From: an uncultured Rhodocyclaceae bacterium
GTDB lineage: Bacteria; Pseudomonadota; Gammaproteobacteria; Burkholderiales; Ga0077523
Direction of reading: 5' to 3'
Assembly: GCA_964510915.1 (NCBI GenBank)
Contig: CAZEDA010000001.1
Span: 4,947-68,946, forward strand
Length of the DNA stretch: 64,000 bases
Positions 29,465 through 39,911 of the stretch are shown here, in pieces (positions within the stretch are counted from its first letter, which is position 1; each line of letters opens with the position of its first letter). A program made the position numbers and the translations under genes. The notes under the pieces were generated by a model. It ran no database searches. It saw nothing but the letters and a program-made list of their open reading frames with translations, and was not told the origin of the DNA.

Positions 29465-30714
29465 GCACGCCGAAGGTCGCCTTCCTGGTCAAGACCTACC
29501 CCAAGCTCTCCGAGACGTTCATCCTGGGCGAGATCCTCGGGCTGGAGGCCCGCGGCATGCAGCTCACCATCTTCTCGCTCCAGCGGCCTTCCGATGCGAT
29601 CCGTCAGGACGCCAACGCCCGGGTGCGTGCAGAAGTGGAGTACGTCGGCGACGGTGTGGAAGGTGTGTGGCCGGTGCTGCGGGAGCATCTGACGCAGCTC
29701 GCGACGCGGCCCGTGAGCTATGTCGCTGCGATGCTGGCGCAATGGCGTCGGGGCGAGCCCGGCGTGTCGAAGAATCTCGCCATCGCGAGCCGTCTCGCGA
29801 ACGCCATGCGGATGCGGGGACTCACGCACGTGCATGCCCATTTCGCGTCGTATCCCACGTCCGTGGCGGCCATGGCCGCGCGGCTGCTGGGCGGCACCTA
29901 CAGCATCTCCGCCCACGCCAAGGACATCTACGTGAGCGAGCCCGGAACGCTCAGCCGCAAGATGCGCGACGCCGCCTTCACCGTGACCTGCACCGGCCAC
30001 AACCATCGTCATCTGAAAGGGATCGCCCGCCCCGGCACCAGCGTGCATCTCATGTATCACGGCATCGACTTCCGCAGCTTCGCCCCGGCGCCGCGGCCCG
30101 ATCACCCTGCCGTGCCGCTCGTCCTCGCCGTGGGCCGACTGCGCGACAAGAAGGGCTTCGCCACGCTCGTGGCGGCCTGCGCGCTGCTGCGCGACCGCGG
30201 TGTCAGCTTCCGCTGCGAGATCGTCGGCTATGGGGAAGAGCACGATCGGCTCGACGCCATGATCCGCGCCGGTCGCGTGGAAGACCGCGTACGGCTGGCC
30301 GGCACGATGAACCATGCCTCGCTCATCCAGCGCTACCAGGCCGCCGCACTGTTCGCCGCGCCGTGCCGAGTTTCGGACGACGGCGACCGCGACGGCATTC
30401 CCAACGTGCTGCTCGAAGCGATGGCGATGGAACTGCCCGTGGTGAGCACGCCGGTGTCCGGCATTCCCGAGGTGGTGCATCCGCGCGAGACCGGCCTGCT
30501 CGTCCCGCCGGATGACGCCGAAGCCCTGGCCGACGCCATGGAAGTGCTCATCGCCGACCCGCTGCTGCGCCGGCAACTGGGAGCCGCCGCCCGTCGCTGG
30601 GTGACGGAGCATTTCGACAACGATCGCAATCTCGACACCGTTCACCGGCTGCTGCTGTCGGTGACCGGCAATCCCCGGGATGCCCGCAACCCGACGGAGA
30701 AAGTCTATGCATGA
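29461..30714 (+). CDS. GT4-family glycosyltransferase (WcaL-like)
   Basis: The GTG at 29461 overlaps the upstream stop (GTGA). Contains KTYPKLSETFILGEI and the GT4 E-x7-E region DGIPNVLLEAMAMELPVVSTPVSGIPEVV. Confidence 0.8.
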   Translation: MSTPKVAFLVKTYPKLSETFILGEILGLEARGMQLTIFSLQRPSDAIRQDANARVRAEVEYVGDGVEGVWPVLREHLTQLATRPVSYVAAMLAQWRRGEPGVSKNLAIASRLANAMRMRGLTHVHAHFASYPTSVAAMAARLLGGTYSISAHAKDIYVSEPGTLSRKMRDAAFTVTCTGHNHRHLKGIARPGTSVHLMYHGIDFRSFAPAPRPDHPAVPLVLAVGRLRDKKGFATLVAACALLRDRGVSFRCEIVGYGEEHDRLDAMIRAGRVEDRVRLAGTMNHASLIQRYQAAALFAAPCRVSDDGDRDGIPNVLLEAMAMELPVVSTPVSGIPEVVHPRETGLLVPPDDAEALADAMEVLIADPLLRRQLGAAARRWVTEHFDNDRNLDTVHRLLLSVTGNPRDARNPTEKVYA

Positions 30715-32125
30715 TCACGCCCACGCCCTGAGAGAAGGGCCCCATGGCGGCGAAGGATGCTGCGACCGCCTCACGATGCCGCGCGCTCGCGATGTCGAGT
30801 CCCGGCCGGACCGCTGGTCCGGTGAAGTCGCCTACGTGCTGATGGGCTATCCGCGCATCTCGGAGACGTTCATCACCCAGGAGATCCATCTGCTGGAAAC
30901 GCTGGGCGCGAAGCTGCGGCTGTTCGCCGTGAAGAACGGCGATACGGACCAGGTGCAGGACAACGTGTCCCGCATCCGTGCGCCCCTCACGTATCTGCCG
31001 GTGGTCAGTTCGCTGTCCGGCACCCGACTGCTGCCGTGGCTTGCACGCAATCTCCCGAGCTACTGGCGCGCTCACGCTCGGGTCGCAGCACGCCGCCCCG
31101 GTGCCTGGCTGGGCACGCTCGCCTCCGTGATCGCGATGACCTGGCGCTACCGGCCGTCGTGGCACGCCGCGCCGCGCAAGGTCTTCGTGAAGGAGTTCCT
31201 CCAGGCCGGCTTCATCGCCGACAGGATCCAGGCGCAGGGTTCGGTGAGGCACCTGCACGGCCACTTCTGCCACGGCGCCACGACGATCACCTGGCTCGCA
31301 AGCCGCATGACCGGCCTGCCGTTCAGCTTCACGGCGCACGCGAAGGACATCTACCAGTCGGACCAGAATCCCGGGGACCTGCTGCCGCGCAAGCTGGCGG
31401 CCGCGCGCTTCGTGGCGACCTGCACCGACGCCAATCGCCGTCATCTGGACAAGCTCAGCCTGCGCCCCGGCGTGGTCCGCACGATCTATCACGGGCTCGA
31501 CACCGAGTACTTCGCGCCGCCGTCCCGCCGTCCCGAAACGGATGTCCCGACGATTCTGGCGGTCGGCCGGTTCGTCGAGAAGAAGGGATTCCGCTATCTC
31601 ATCGAGGCGTGCGCCATGCTGAAGCTCGCCGGCTGCCGGTTCCGCTGCGTCATCGTCGGCGAGAACGGCGACCAGCGTCCGGTGATCGAGAAGCTGATCG
31701 AGGCCCACGATCTGGCGGACACGGTACGCCTTCAGGGACCCGTCACCCACGGTGCGCTGCGCCAGCTCTATGCCGAAGCCGCGATGTTCGTGCTGCCCTG
31801 CCTTGTCGCCGCGGACGGGGATCGGGACGGCATCCCGAACGTTCTCGCGGAAGCGATGGCGATGGGGCTGCCGGTCGTGAGCACGGGTGTGTCCGGCATT
31901 CCGGAACTGGTACGGGCCGGTCGCGATGGCGTGATCGTCGGGGAACGGGACGCCGGCGCTCTCGCCGATGCCCTGCACGAACTGCTGCAGGACCCGCAGC
32001 GGCGGCAGCGGCTGGGCGAGGCGGCGCGGGCACGCGTCCTCGACATCTTCGATGCGAAGACCACCACCGTCGAACTGCGCACGCTCTTCGCGCGGGAGAT
32101 CCATGCGCAGGAGCAGCGTCCATGA
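30707..32125 (+). CDS. GT4-family glycosyltransferase (WcaL-like), tandem paralogue
   Basis: Contains GYPRISETFITQEI and DGIPNVLAEAMAMGLPVVSTGVSGIPELV. The start is uncertain (ATG 30707 or 30680); either choice overlaps the upstream gene. Confidence 0.75.
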   Translation: MHDHAHALREGPHGGEGCCDRLTMPRARDVESRPDRWSGEVAYVLMGYPRISETFITQEIHLLETLGAKLRLFAVKNGDTDQVQDNVSRIRAPLTYLPVVSSLSGTRLLPWLARNLPSYWRAHARVAARRPGAWLGTLASVIAMTWRYRPSWHAAPRKVFVKEFLQAGFIADRIQAQGSVRHLHGHFCHGATTITWLASRMTGLPFSFTAHAKDIYQSDQNPGDLLPRKLAAARFVATCTDANRRHLDKLSLRPGVVRTIYHGLDTEYFAPPSRRPETDVPTILAVGRFVEKKGFRYLIEACAMLKLAGCRFRCVIVGENGDQRPVIEKLIEAHDLADTVRLQGPVTHGALRQLYAEAAMFVLPCLVAADGDRDGIPNVLAEAMAMGLPVVSTGVSGIPELVRAGRDGVIVGERDAGALADALHELLQDPQRRQRLGEAARARVLDIFDAKTTTVELRTLFAREIHAQEQRP

Positions 32126-34227
32126 ACATGGCTGTCGCGGAACCGTCTTCCCGCTGCGCCGCGGGGGCGGTCCCCCCGAAACCGACGCTGGGTTCGCCCT
32201 GGAAGTCGCTGTGCGAAACCGGGCTTGCCACGCACTTCCGTCAGCGCGCCAACGACCACTACTTTCCAGTGCCGGACTCCGACGAGACCGCCCCCGGGAA
32301 GATCGACGCGATCCTCGGCGGGCGCTTCGAGTTCAACAACGAGGCACACGTCGTCTCGCGGCAGATGAACTGGCTCGAGAATCCGAGCGAGGACGTCGAG
32401 TGGCACATCCTGCTGCACAAGTTCTACTACGCCGTGGGGCTGGGCATGCGTTTCCGGGACACGGGCGAGCGCCGCTACCTCGATGCCTTCGTGGATCTCG
32501 TCTCCTCGTGGATCGACCAGACCCCGCCGGGCTTCATCGCGGCGGACGTGACCGGCCGGCGCGTGCAGAACTGGATCTATGCGTTCCACTACTTCTCTGC
32601 CGAGTCCGGCAGTGATGCCTTCCCGGCAGCCTTCCTGTCGCGCTTCCTGCGCTCGATCGAGGAGCAGGTCGAGTACCTCTGCGAGAACCTGACGCCCGCG
32701 CGCAACCATCGCACGCTGGAGCTCTACGCCATCTTTCTTGCCGGCGTGGCACTGCCGGAGTTCGAGCGTGCGGCAGGCTGGCGCGAGTTCGCCCTCGCGG
32801 AGATCGTCCGCAACATCCAGACGGACCTCCTGCCCGACGGTGTGCACTGCGAACTGTCCACCGACTACCACCATCTGGTCCTCAAGAACTATCTCTGCAT
32901 CCGCCGCCTGGCGGAACGCAATGGCATCGCGATCCCCGCCGTGATGGACCAGCGGCTCGTCCGGGCGCTCGAGTTCTCCCTGTTCGTGCACAAGCCCGAC
33001 GGCGTGATCCCGAGCCTCAGCGACGGGGACTCGCGCAGCTTTCGCGACCTGCTGCTGCAGGGTGCCGACCTCTATGGCCGTGAAGACATGCGCTACGTCG
33101 CGACCCTCGGCGTCGAGGGCGTGCCTCCGCGCAAGCGAGCGCAGGGCTTTCACGATGCCGGCTACTACGTGCTGCACGGCGGCTGGGGCCGAGGCGCGCG
33201 TGCCTACGAAGACGAGCACTACCTCGTGCTGGACTGCGGCCCTCTGGGCGCCGGCAACCACGGACACCTGGACTGCCTCAGCTTCGAACTGGCCGCGAAC
33301 GGCCGTTCGCTCGTGGTCGATCCCGGTCGCTATACCTACAGCGAAGCCGGTGACGTGAACTGGCGCGTGAAGTTCCGCGGAACCGCCTGGCACAACACCG
33401 TGACTGTCGACGGCCGCAACCAGACCCGTTACGAACCGCGCCCGGTGAAGGAAGGGACACGCCATCGCCCCGGCGGCGTGCGGCATCGCATTGCCGGCCC
33501 GGCGCCGGAGGCGGAACTGCGTCGTTTCGTCGTTCTCGACGGGTTCGGGCTGCTGCAGGGGGTGGCTCGCAGCCACGAGTATCCCGTCGTCCACGACCGG
33601 CGGATCGTCTTCGCGTTCGGCGACTACTGGGTCGTCAACGACACGCTGACCGGTGCGGATGAGGAACACCGCTACGACCAGTGGTTCCATCTCTCCGAAT
33701 GCGCGCAGGACAGCGCGGTGGTGGATCGTCGCTGGGGCACCGTCCGGATCGCCACGCCGGGCCTCCTCATCGCTCATGAGGATCGCGGCGGTGTGGATGT
33801 CGGCATCGAACCGGGTCGCGTCTCCTACCGGTATGGCGTGAGCCACGAGGCGCCGATCGTGCGGGTCACGCAGACGGCCGAGTCGGCGAGTTTCGCCACC
33901 GTGCTGTTCCCGTTCCGCGGCGAGACGCCCAACGTCGTGGTGCGCGAACTCACCGTGCTGCCCGATGCGGTCACGCCGCAGACGCGGAGCGCCAACGCCT
34001 GGGCCATGCGTATCCAGGTCGGCGAAGGACGTCACGGCTACACCGACCATCTGTTCCTTGCCGAGGTGACCGACGCCGAGTGGCATTTCGGCGGCTTTGC
34101 CTTCCAGGGAAGCTTCCTCGCCATGCGGCGCGATGCTTCCGGCGAGATCGTCGAGCTGCACGCCGACCGGGGCGCACGGCTGCGCGACGCCAGCGGGCGC
34201 ATCGCCTGGAAGGGGCTCGCATCGTGA
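32122..34227 (+). CDS. Heparinase II/III-like (alginate-lyase-superfamily) protein
   Basis: 701 aa; ATGA overlap with the upstream gene. The N-terminal alpha/alpha-toroid region contains NWLENPSEDVEWHILLHKFYY and RRVQNWIYAFHYF. The C-terminal region contains GHLDCLSFELAANGRSLVVDPGRYTY...WHNTVTVDG. Confidence 0.75.
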   Translation: MNMAVAEPSSRCAAGAVPPKPTLGSPWKSLCETGLATHFRQRANDHYFPVPDSDETAPGKIDAILGGRFEFNNEAHVVSRQMNWLENPSEDVEWHILLHKFYYAVGLGMRFRDTGERRYLDAFVDLVSSWIDQTPPGFIAADVTGRRVQNWIYAFHYFSAESGSDAFPAAFLSRFLRSIEEQVEYLCENLTPARNHRTLELYAIFLAGVALPEFERAAGWREFALAEIVRNIQTDLLPDGVHCELSTDYHHLVLKNYLCIRRLAERNGIAIPAVMDQRLVRALEFSLFVHKPDGVIPSLSDGDSRSFRDLLLQGADLYGREDMRYVATLGVEGVPPRKRAQGFHDAGYYVLHGGWGRGARAYEDEHYLVLDCGPLGAGNHGHLDCLSFELAANGRSLVVDPGRYTYSEAGDVNWRVKFRGTAWHNTVTVDGRNQTRYEPRPVKEGTRHRPGGVRHRIAGPAPEAELRRFVVLDGFGLLQGVARSHEYPVVHDRRIVFAFGDYWVVNDTLTGADEEHRYDQWFHLSECAQDSAVVDRRWGTVRIATPGLLIAHEDRGGVDVGIEPGRVSYRYGVSHEAPIVRVTQTAESASFATVLFPFRGETPNVVVRELTVLPDAVTPQTRSANAWAMRIQVGEGRHGYTDHLFLAEVTDAEWHFGGFAFQGSFLAMRRDASGEIVELHADRGARLRDASGRIAWKGLAS

Positions 34228-35633
34228 TGACCCCGCGCCGAACCGTTCCGGTCGATCCGGTGCTGCCGGCCCTGGCCGGGCTGGTCGACGAGTCCGCCGT
34301 GTCGGCCGCGCTGCAGCCGATCTTCACGCTGTGGAACCGCAAGCCCTGCCGTGTCCGGCATGTCGAGATCGAGCGGGTGAAGTATCGCCCCGGACGCAAC
34401 TGCGTCGTGGCGTATCGCTTTGCGCTGGAACTGCCGGGACAGCGACGCCTCGTCGAGCAGCGTGCGAGCCTGTCGATGCACGAACGCGCGGAAGCGGCGT
34501 CGCGATACGAGAAGTCCCGCTCGGAAGTCGACGCGGACGGCGCAGCCTGCCGCGCGCAGTTCCTGCCGGAGTGGAATGCGATCGCCCGCGCATTTCCCGC
34601 GGACCGCAAACTCCCCGGGCTCGCACGGCTGGCAGTGCCGGATGAAGCCCTCTCACGCTATCTGCGGCCGCTCGTCGCGACTCGCTGGCCCGGCGGCGCG
34701 ACCGTGCGCAGCGCGGACCACGCGGTCGTGAGTTACTTTCCGGAGCACACCTGCACGGTGGCGCTGGAGGTCGGTGTCGCCCACGGCTCTGCCGGTCGCA
34801 TCGACCCCTGGCGTGTATTCGGCAAGATGCGCTACGACGATGCCGGCGTGCACACGCACCGCGTCATGCAATCGCTCTGGAACAGCGATGCCCACTGGCA
34901 GGGTCTCGTGGGCTACGCCCGTCCGCTGGGCTACGACGCGGACGATCGTCTGCTGTGGCAGGAAGGCGTGCAGGCCCCGACGCTGCACTCGCTCCTCGCC
35001 GGCCGCAACGGCGGTGCCGACACCATGCGTCGGGTGGCCTGCGCGGTCGCCGCGCTGCATCGCACCCGCGGCGTCGCGCAGCGGAACGAGCCGCGCGAGA
35101 GTCTCGCCGACGCCGTGGCGAACGCCGCCGCGATCGTGTCGCGCGCCGCGCCCGAACACGCCTCGACGGCGATGCGCCTCGCAGACTCTCTGGCCACCCG
35201 CGCGCGTTTCATCGATACGGCAGGTGACGCCACCCTCCATGGCGATCTGCACTCCCGGAACATTCTCGTCGGCCCGGACCGCGTGTACCTCATCGACATG
35301 GACCGCGTGTCGACGGGCGATGCCTACGCCGAACTGGGAAGCCTGCTCGCAGAGCTGACATACCGCTCCTGCGCCCGGGGGGAGGCGGCCGATGCAGATG
35401 GCCTCGCCCAGGTCGTCGACGGGTACTTCGGCGAGGGCAAGGGCGAGGCGGCGGCCGAGACCGTGGCCTGGCACCTGGCTGCGGCGCTGCTGCACGAGCG
35501 GGCGCGACGCGCCGTCACGTCACTGAAGCCCGGGTGGCGAGAGGCCCTTCCGTTCGTTCTGGATGCGGCACGACGCGCGCTGGAGAACCCTCGCGTGCTG
35601 TGCGCCCGCGAACCCGCCGAGGCCCAGCCGTGA
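34227..35633 (+). CDS. APH/choline-kinase-family phosphotransferase
   Basis: Canonical catalytic loop LHGDLHSRNILV (HGDxxxxN) and YLIDMDRVSTGD. Its ATG shares one base with the upstream stop (TGATG). Confidence 0.7.
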   Translation: MTPRRTVPVDPVLPALAGLVDESAVSAALQPIFTLWNRKPCRVRHVEIERVKYRPGRNCVVAYRFALELPGQRRLVEQRASLSMHERAEAASRYEKSRSEVDADGAACRAQFLPEWNAIARAFPADRKLPGLARLAVPDEALSRYLRPLVATRWPGGATVRSADHAVVSYFPEHTCTVALEVGVAHGSAGRIDPWRVFGKMRYDDAGVHTHRVMQSLWNSDAHWQGLVGYARPLGYDADDRLLWQEGVQAPTLHSLLAGRNGGADTMRRVACAVAALHRTRGVAQRNEPRESLADAVANAAAIVSRAAPEHASTAMRLADSLATRARFIDTAGDATLHGDLHSRNILVGPDRVYLIDMDRVSTGDAYAELGSLLAELTYRSCARGEAADADGLAQVVDGYFGEGKGEAAAETVAWHLAAALLHERARRAVTSLKPGWREALPFVLDAARRALENPRVLCAREPAEAQP

Positions 35634-36949
35634 AGCCCCCGGTCCTTGCGGGCAACGACTCCGCGTTCGCTGCCTTCACCGATGCCGACACGATGCGCAC
35701 GCTGCTGGGCGGCGCAGTCCGCGCGCTGTGGGACGACGCTCACCACATTGTCGAGTGCGAAGTCGCGCACGCCTGGCGCAAGACCTACGGCAAAGCCGCG
35801 TCCTGGCACAAGTCTCACCTTCGTGTCTGCTACCGCCTGCATCTGACCCGCGCGGAGGAGACCGGGGCGTTTCCGGCCTGGGTGCATGGCACTGCACGGC
35901 TCGGCGAGTTTCCGGCCGGCGAGACGGCCGCGGCGGCCATTTCCCATGGCGTCGCCACGTTGCGGCTCCACCGGTTTCCGGAGGATGCGGGGCTGCCTCA
36001 GCTTCCGGCGCTCGTCGACTCGGATCGCGCACGGGAGCGGATCGAAACCCTGTTCGGCGCCTCGGTTGCCGGCCCCGTGTCGGTCTCCGTGCTTCGCTAT
36101 CGGCCTGGGGACCGCTGCTCGTTCCGTGTCGGCCCCGAATCCGCTGCACGGCAGGAATTTCCCTGCGCCTTCGCCAAGACCTACGCCGATGACACCGGCG
36201 CGCTCGTCTTCGAACGCCTCCGGCGGCTGTTCCTCGAGGGGCGGGAGCGCGGCAACGCCTTCCCCGTTGCGGAGCCGCTCGCCTACGACGCGGCCACCCG
36301 CACCGTCTGGCAACGGTGGATCGATGGCGGCACCGTGGCCGATCTGACAGGAACCGACGGCTTCGCGGAACGTGTCCGGCAATGTGCGCGGGCGCTTGCC
36401 AGTCTGCATGCGGTGCCGGTCGATGGCCTGCCCGCGTGCGCCCGAGCCAGCCTGCTGCACGACACGCGCAAGCGTGCGGTGAAACTGGCACTCGCCTACC
36501 CCGAAACGGCGGAGGCCCTCGAACACACCCTCGCGGAACTCGCCCGGACGGTAGACGCGCTGCCGCTGGAGGCCTCCGTGACGATCCACGGGGACGTGCA
36601 TCTCGAGCAGTTCCTCGTCGCGGCGGAAGGCGTCGCCGTCGCCGATGTCGACGAGATGGCGCGCGGCGATGCCGAGCAGGATCTCGCTTCGCTGCTGGTG
36701 GATCTGCGGCTGAGGGCGGTGGATTGCGGCAGCAGGGAGCCCTGGGAGGATGTGGCCGCCGAAGCGTACGGCTTTCAGGCGAGGACGCCGGTGTCGAGCA
36801 GCCTGCTGGCATGGCACCTCGCCCGCCACGGCATCGACAAGGCGTACCGCCTCCACTGGCGGGATCAGCCCGGGCTCACGCCCACCGTCATCCGGCTCAT
36901 CGCCTGGGCCGCGGATTCGGCGCGTTCCCTCGCGGAGGAACTTTCGTGA
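35630..36949 (+). CDS. APH-family phosphotransferase-like protein with a divergent catalytic loop
   Basis: IHGDVHLEQFLV has Gln in place of the Asn of the Brenner motif, and is followed by VADVDEMARGD. GTGA overlap with the upstream gene. Confidence 0.6.
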   Translation: MKPPVLAGNDSAFAAFTDADTMRTLLGGAVRALWDDAHHIVECEVAHAWRKTYGKAASWHKSHLRVCYRLHLTRAEETGAFPAWVHGTARLGEFPAGETAAAAISHGVATLRLHRFPEDAGLPQLPALVDSDRARERIETLFGASVAGPVSVSVLRYRPGDRCSFRVGPESAARQEFPCAFAKTYADDTGALVFERLRRLFLEGRERGNAFPVAEPLAYDAATRTVWQRWIDGGTVADLTGTDGFAERVRQCARALASLHAVPVDGLPACARASLLHDTRKRAVKLALAYPETAEALEHTLAELARTVDALPLEASVTIHGDVHLEQFLVAAEGVAVADVDEMARGDAEQDLASLLVDLRLRAVDCGSREPWEDVAAEAYGFQARTPVSSSLLAWHLARHGIDKAYRLHWRDQPGLTPTVIRLIAWAADSARSLAEELS

Positions 36950-38721
36950 GAACGGACACCCGACGCTCCGCACTGGGCCAATTCCTCCGCGGCCAGCTCG
37001 CGCTGCGCTGGCGGACCATCGCGCTGGCCTTCGGCAGCCTGCTGGGCGCCATCGCGATGGATCTGGCAGCGCCCTGGCCCATCAAGATCGTGGTGGACCA
37101 CGTCCTGCTCGGAAAGGGACTGCCCGCTTCGCTGACGTTCCTGCAGCCGCTGCTGGAACAGGGCTCGACGGTGACCCTGGTGGCGATGGCCGGGGCGATC
37201 GCCGGCATCGCGCTGCTCTCCGGCGCGTTCGCGTATCTGCAGACCTTCCTCAGCGCCCGTGTCGGCCACGAACTCGTGTTCGCCCTGCGCCGCGAACTCT
37301 TCTCGCACCTGCAGCGCATGTCGCTCGCCTTCCACCGGCGCAACCGCTCCGGCGAGCTGATGACCAAGGTGACCTCGGACACGACACTGCTGCGCGACGC
37401 GCTCTCGGACTGGGCGGTGAAGGCCGTCGCGGAAGTGCTGCTTCTCACGGCGGTACTCGCGGTGATGGTGAGCATGAACTGGCAGCTCGCGCTCGTGGTG
37501 TTCGTGACGCTGCCCCTGCTGTTCGTCCTGCTCCTGTATCTCAACCGCAAGATCCGTCTCTCGGCGCGCGAACAGCGCCGGTCCGAAGGGCGGATCGTGA
37601 GCCGGCTGAACGACGTGCTGAGTTCCATCGCCCTGGTCCAGGCTTTCGGCCGCGAGGACTACGAGCAGGCGCGCTTCGAAGTGGACAGTGCCCAGAGCCT
37701 GGAAGCCGGCATCGTCAGCTCCCGTACGGCGGCGGCAGTCTCGAAGGCCGTGGGAGTCGTCTCTGCCGTAGGCATGGCCGGCACGGTACTCGTGGGCGGG
37801 CTGTTTGCTGTGCGAGGTGCACTCACGCCCGGCGAGCTTCTGATCTTCGTCGCGTACGTGAACAGCCTCTACAAGCCCATCCGCGATCTCGGCAAGCTGT
37901 GGGCGAAGTTCTCGCGGGCGAAGGTGAGCGCTGAGCGGATCGGCGAGCTGCTCGACCTCGAGCCGGAGATCCGCGATGCCGCCGATGCGGTGACCGTGAC
38001 GCGTCTGCAGGGCGACGTGGAGTTCGACCGCGTGACCTTCGGCTACGACGGCCGCAAGCCCGTTCTGGACGGCGTGAGCTTCCGCATCCGCGCCGGCGAG
38101 CACGTCGCGCTCATCGGTCCGTCGGGCAGCGGCAAGTCCACGCTGGTGAATCTGATGCTGCGCCTGTACGAACCGCAGGCCGGGGCCGTGCGCATCGACG
38201 GTCGTTCGCTCGACGCGTACACACGCGAATCGCTGCGGGCGCGGATCGGCATCGTGCTCCAGGACACCGTGCTCGTCGGCGCAACGATCCGCGAGAACAT
38301 CGGCTACGGGCGGCCGGACGCCTCGATCGAGGAGATCGAAGCCGCCGCGCGCCAGGCCAGCGCGCACGGGTTCATCGAGACCATGCCGCAGGGGTACGAC
38401 TCCGTCGTGGGCGAGCGCGGCTGCACGCTGTCCGGCGGGCAGCGGCAGCGCATCTGCCTCGCGAGAACGCTCATCAAGCGTCCCGACCTGCTGATTCTCG
38501 ACGAGGCAACCTCCGCGGTCGACGCGTTCACCGCCGCGGCCATTCATCAGGCTGTGGAAGGCCTCAACGCCGGGCGGACCACGATCGTGATCGGACATCA
38601 GTACCTCGCGCTGCACGAGTTCGACCGCGTTCTCGAACTGCGCGACGGCCGTATCACCGATGTCACCGACCGCGAGCGCAATCGCGTGTCCGTCTCCGCT
38701 CCCCGGAGGACTGAGCCATGA
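36946..38721 (+). CDS. Fused TMD-NBD ABC exporter (MsbA/type I exporter-like)
   Basis: 591 aa from a GTG in a GTGA overlap. Six-helix TMD, Walker A GPSGSGKST, signature LSGGQRQRICLAR, Walker B LLILDEATSAVD. Confidence 0.85.
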   Translation: MRTDTRRSALGQFLRGQLALRWRTIALAFGSLLGAIAMDLAAPWPIKIVVDHVLLGKGLPASLTFLQPLLEQGSTVTLVAMAGAIAGIALLSGAFAYLQTFLSARVGHELVFALRRELFSHLQRMSLAFHRRNRSGELMTKVTSDTTLLRDALSDWAVKAVAEVLLLTAVLAVMVSMNWQLALVVFVTLPLLFVLLLYLNRKIRLSAREQRRSEGRIVSRLNDVLSSIALVQAFGREDYEQARFEVDSAQSLEAGIVSSRTAAAVSKAVGVVSAVGMAGTVLVGGLFAVRGALTPGELLIFVAYVNSLYKPIRDLGKLWAKFSRAKVSAERIGELLDLEPEIRDAADAVTVTRLQGDVEFDRVTFGYDGRKPVLDGVSFRIRAGEHVALIGPSGSGKSTLVNLMLRLYEPQAGAVRIDGRSLDAYTRESLRARIGIVLQDTVLVGATIRENIGYGRPDASIEEIEAAARQASAHGFIETMPQGYDSVVGERGCTLSGGQRQRICLARTLIKRPDLLILDEATSAVDAFTAAAIHQAVEGLNAGRTTIVIGHQYLALHEFDRVLELRDGRITDVTDRERNRVSVSAPRRTEP

Positions 38722-39911
38722 AACCCGTCCTGCTTCTCTACTGCCAGCATTCGGTGGGCATCGGCCACCTCATGCGCTCCCTGGCCATTGCCGAGGGACT
38801 CAGCCGGACCTTCCGGGTCGTGTTTCTCAACGGTGGCGTGTTTCCGCCGGGGGTGACTGCGCCCGGGAACCTGGAGATCATCGATCTGCCGCCGCTCGGA
38901 CTGGAGAGCCGGCAGCTCGTGAGCCGGGGCGGCGAGCAGGACGTGGAGCGCGTGAAGTCGCTTCGCCGCGCCATGATTCTCGGTACCTACGACCGGGTGC
39001 GGCCCGCCGTGGTGCTGGTGGAACTGTTCCCTTTCGGCCGGAAGAAGTTCGCGTTCGAACTCCTGCCCCTGCTCAAGCGCGCGCGCCGCGCGGCGGCACC
39101 GCGCCCCAGAGTCTGGTGCAGCGTGCGCGACATCCTGGTGGCTGCCCGGCCGGATCAGCAGCACCACGACGATCGCGCGCGCTGGCTCTGCGACCGCTAC
39201 TTCGACGGCGTGCTCGTGCACGCCGACCCGCTGCTGGCCGAGTTCTCCGAATCGTTTCGCCCGTCCCGACCGATGGCTGTGCCCGTGCACTACACGGGGT
39301 TCGTCACCCGTGGCGAAGCGACGGTGCCGGCGACGGCCCGCGGGGATCACATTCTCGTGTCAGCCGGTGGCGGACTCGCCGGTGGCCCGCTTCTGCGTGC
39401 CGCAGTCGCTGCGCACGCGCTGCTGCCGTCCGACCGTCGATCGCGCATGCGTGTCGTGGCCGGACCGTTCCTCCCGGAGTCCGAATGGGCAGCTCTGCAG
39501 GCAGCGGTGCAGTCGAACCCCGCCATCGACCTCGTTCGCAGCGTGCCGGATCTCGGGGCGGAGATGCGCTGTGCCGCGGTCTCCGTGAGCCAGTGCGGCT
39601 ACAACACGGCGATGGACATCCTCGGTGCCCGCGTCCCGGCGCTGGTGGTGCCCTATGCGGAGCAGCGGGAGGACGAGCAGACCAATCGCGCTCGACGGCT
39701 GGCCGCGCTCGGGCTGCTCAGAGTCCTCGAGCCTGCCGCGCTGTCGCCCCAGGCGCTGGCGACGGAGATTTCGGCCACGTTCGCGTTTCGCCCGACCGCA
39801 TCGACGCTGGCGCTGGATGGCGGATCGAAGACGGCGTCGATCGTCACGCGTGACTACGAACAGGCGCGCCTGCAAGAGACCTCGATCGGGGAGCGGCAGC
39901 GTGTGGCTTGA
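38718..39911 (+). CDS. GT-B fold glycosyltransferase (MurG/GT28-C-like), paralogue 2
   Basis: Starts MKPVLLLYCQHSVGIGHLMRSLAIAEGL and ends with CGYNTAMDIL. ATGA overlap with the ABC exporter gene. Confidence 0.7.
   Translation: MKPVLLLYCQHSVGIGHLMRSLAIAEGLSRTFRVVFLNGGVFPPGVTAPGNLEIIDLPPLGLESRQLVSRGGEQDVERVKSLRRAMILGTYDRVRPAVVLVELFPFGRKKFAFELLPLLKRARRAAAPRPRVWCSVRDILVAARPDQQHHDDRARWLCDRYFDGVLVHADPLLAEFSESFRPSRPMAVPVHYTGFVTRGEATVPATARGDHILVSAGGGLAGGPLLRAAVAAHALLPSDRRSRMRVVAGPFLPESEWAALQAAVQSNPAIDLVRSVPDLGAEMRCAAVSVSQCGYNTAMDILGARVPALVVPYAEQREDEQTNRARRLAALGLLRVLEPAALSPQALATEISATFAFRPTASTLALDGGSKTASIVTRDYEQARLQETSIGERQRVA

Noticed and set aside
28079-38721. N-terminal extensions of track ORFs 28079, 28675, 31036, 34080, 35534, 36316 and 39625
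   Set aside because: Each long ORF is the real gene preceded by out-of-frame readthrough of the upstream gene. Internal ATG/GTG codons that overlap the upstream stop (ATGA, GTGA, TGATG) give proteins beginning at conserved N-termini, so I trimmed the starts.
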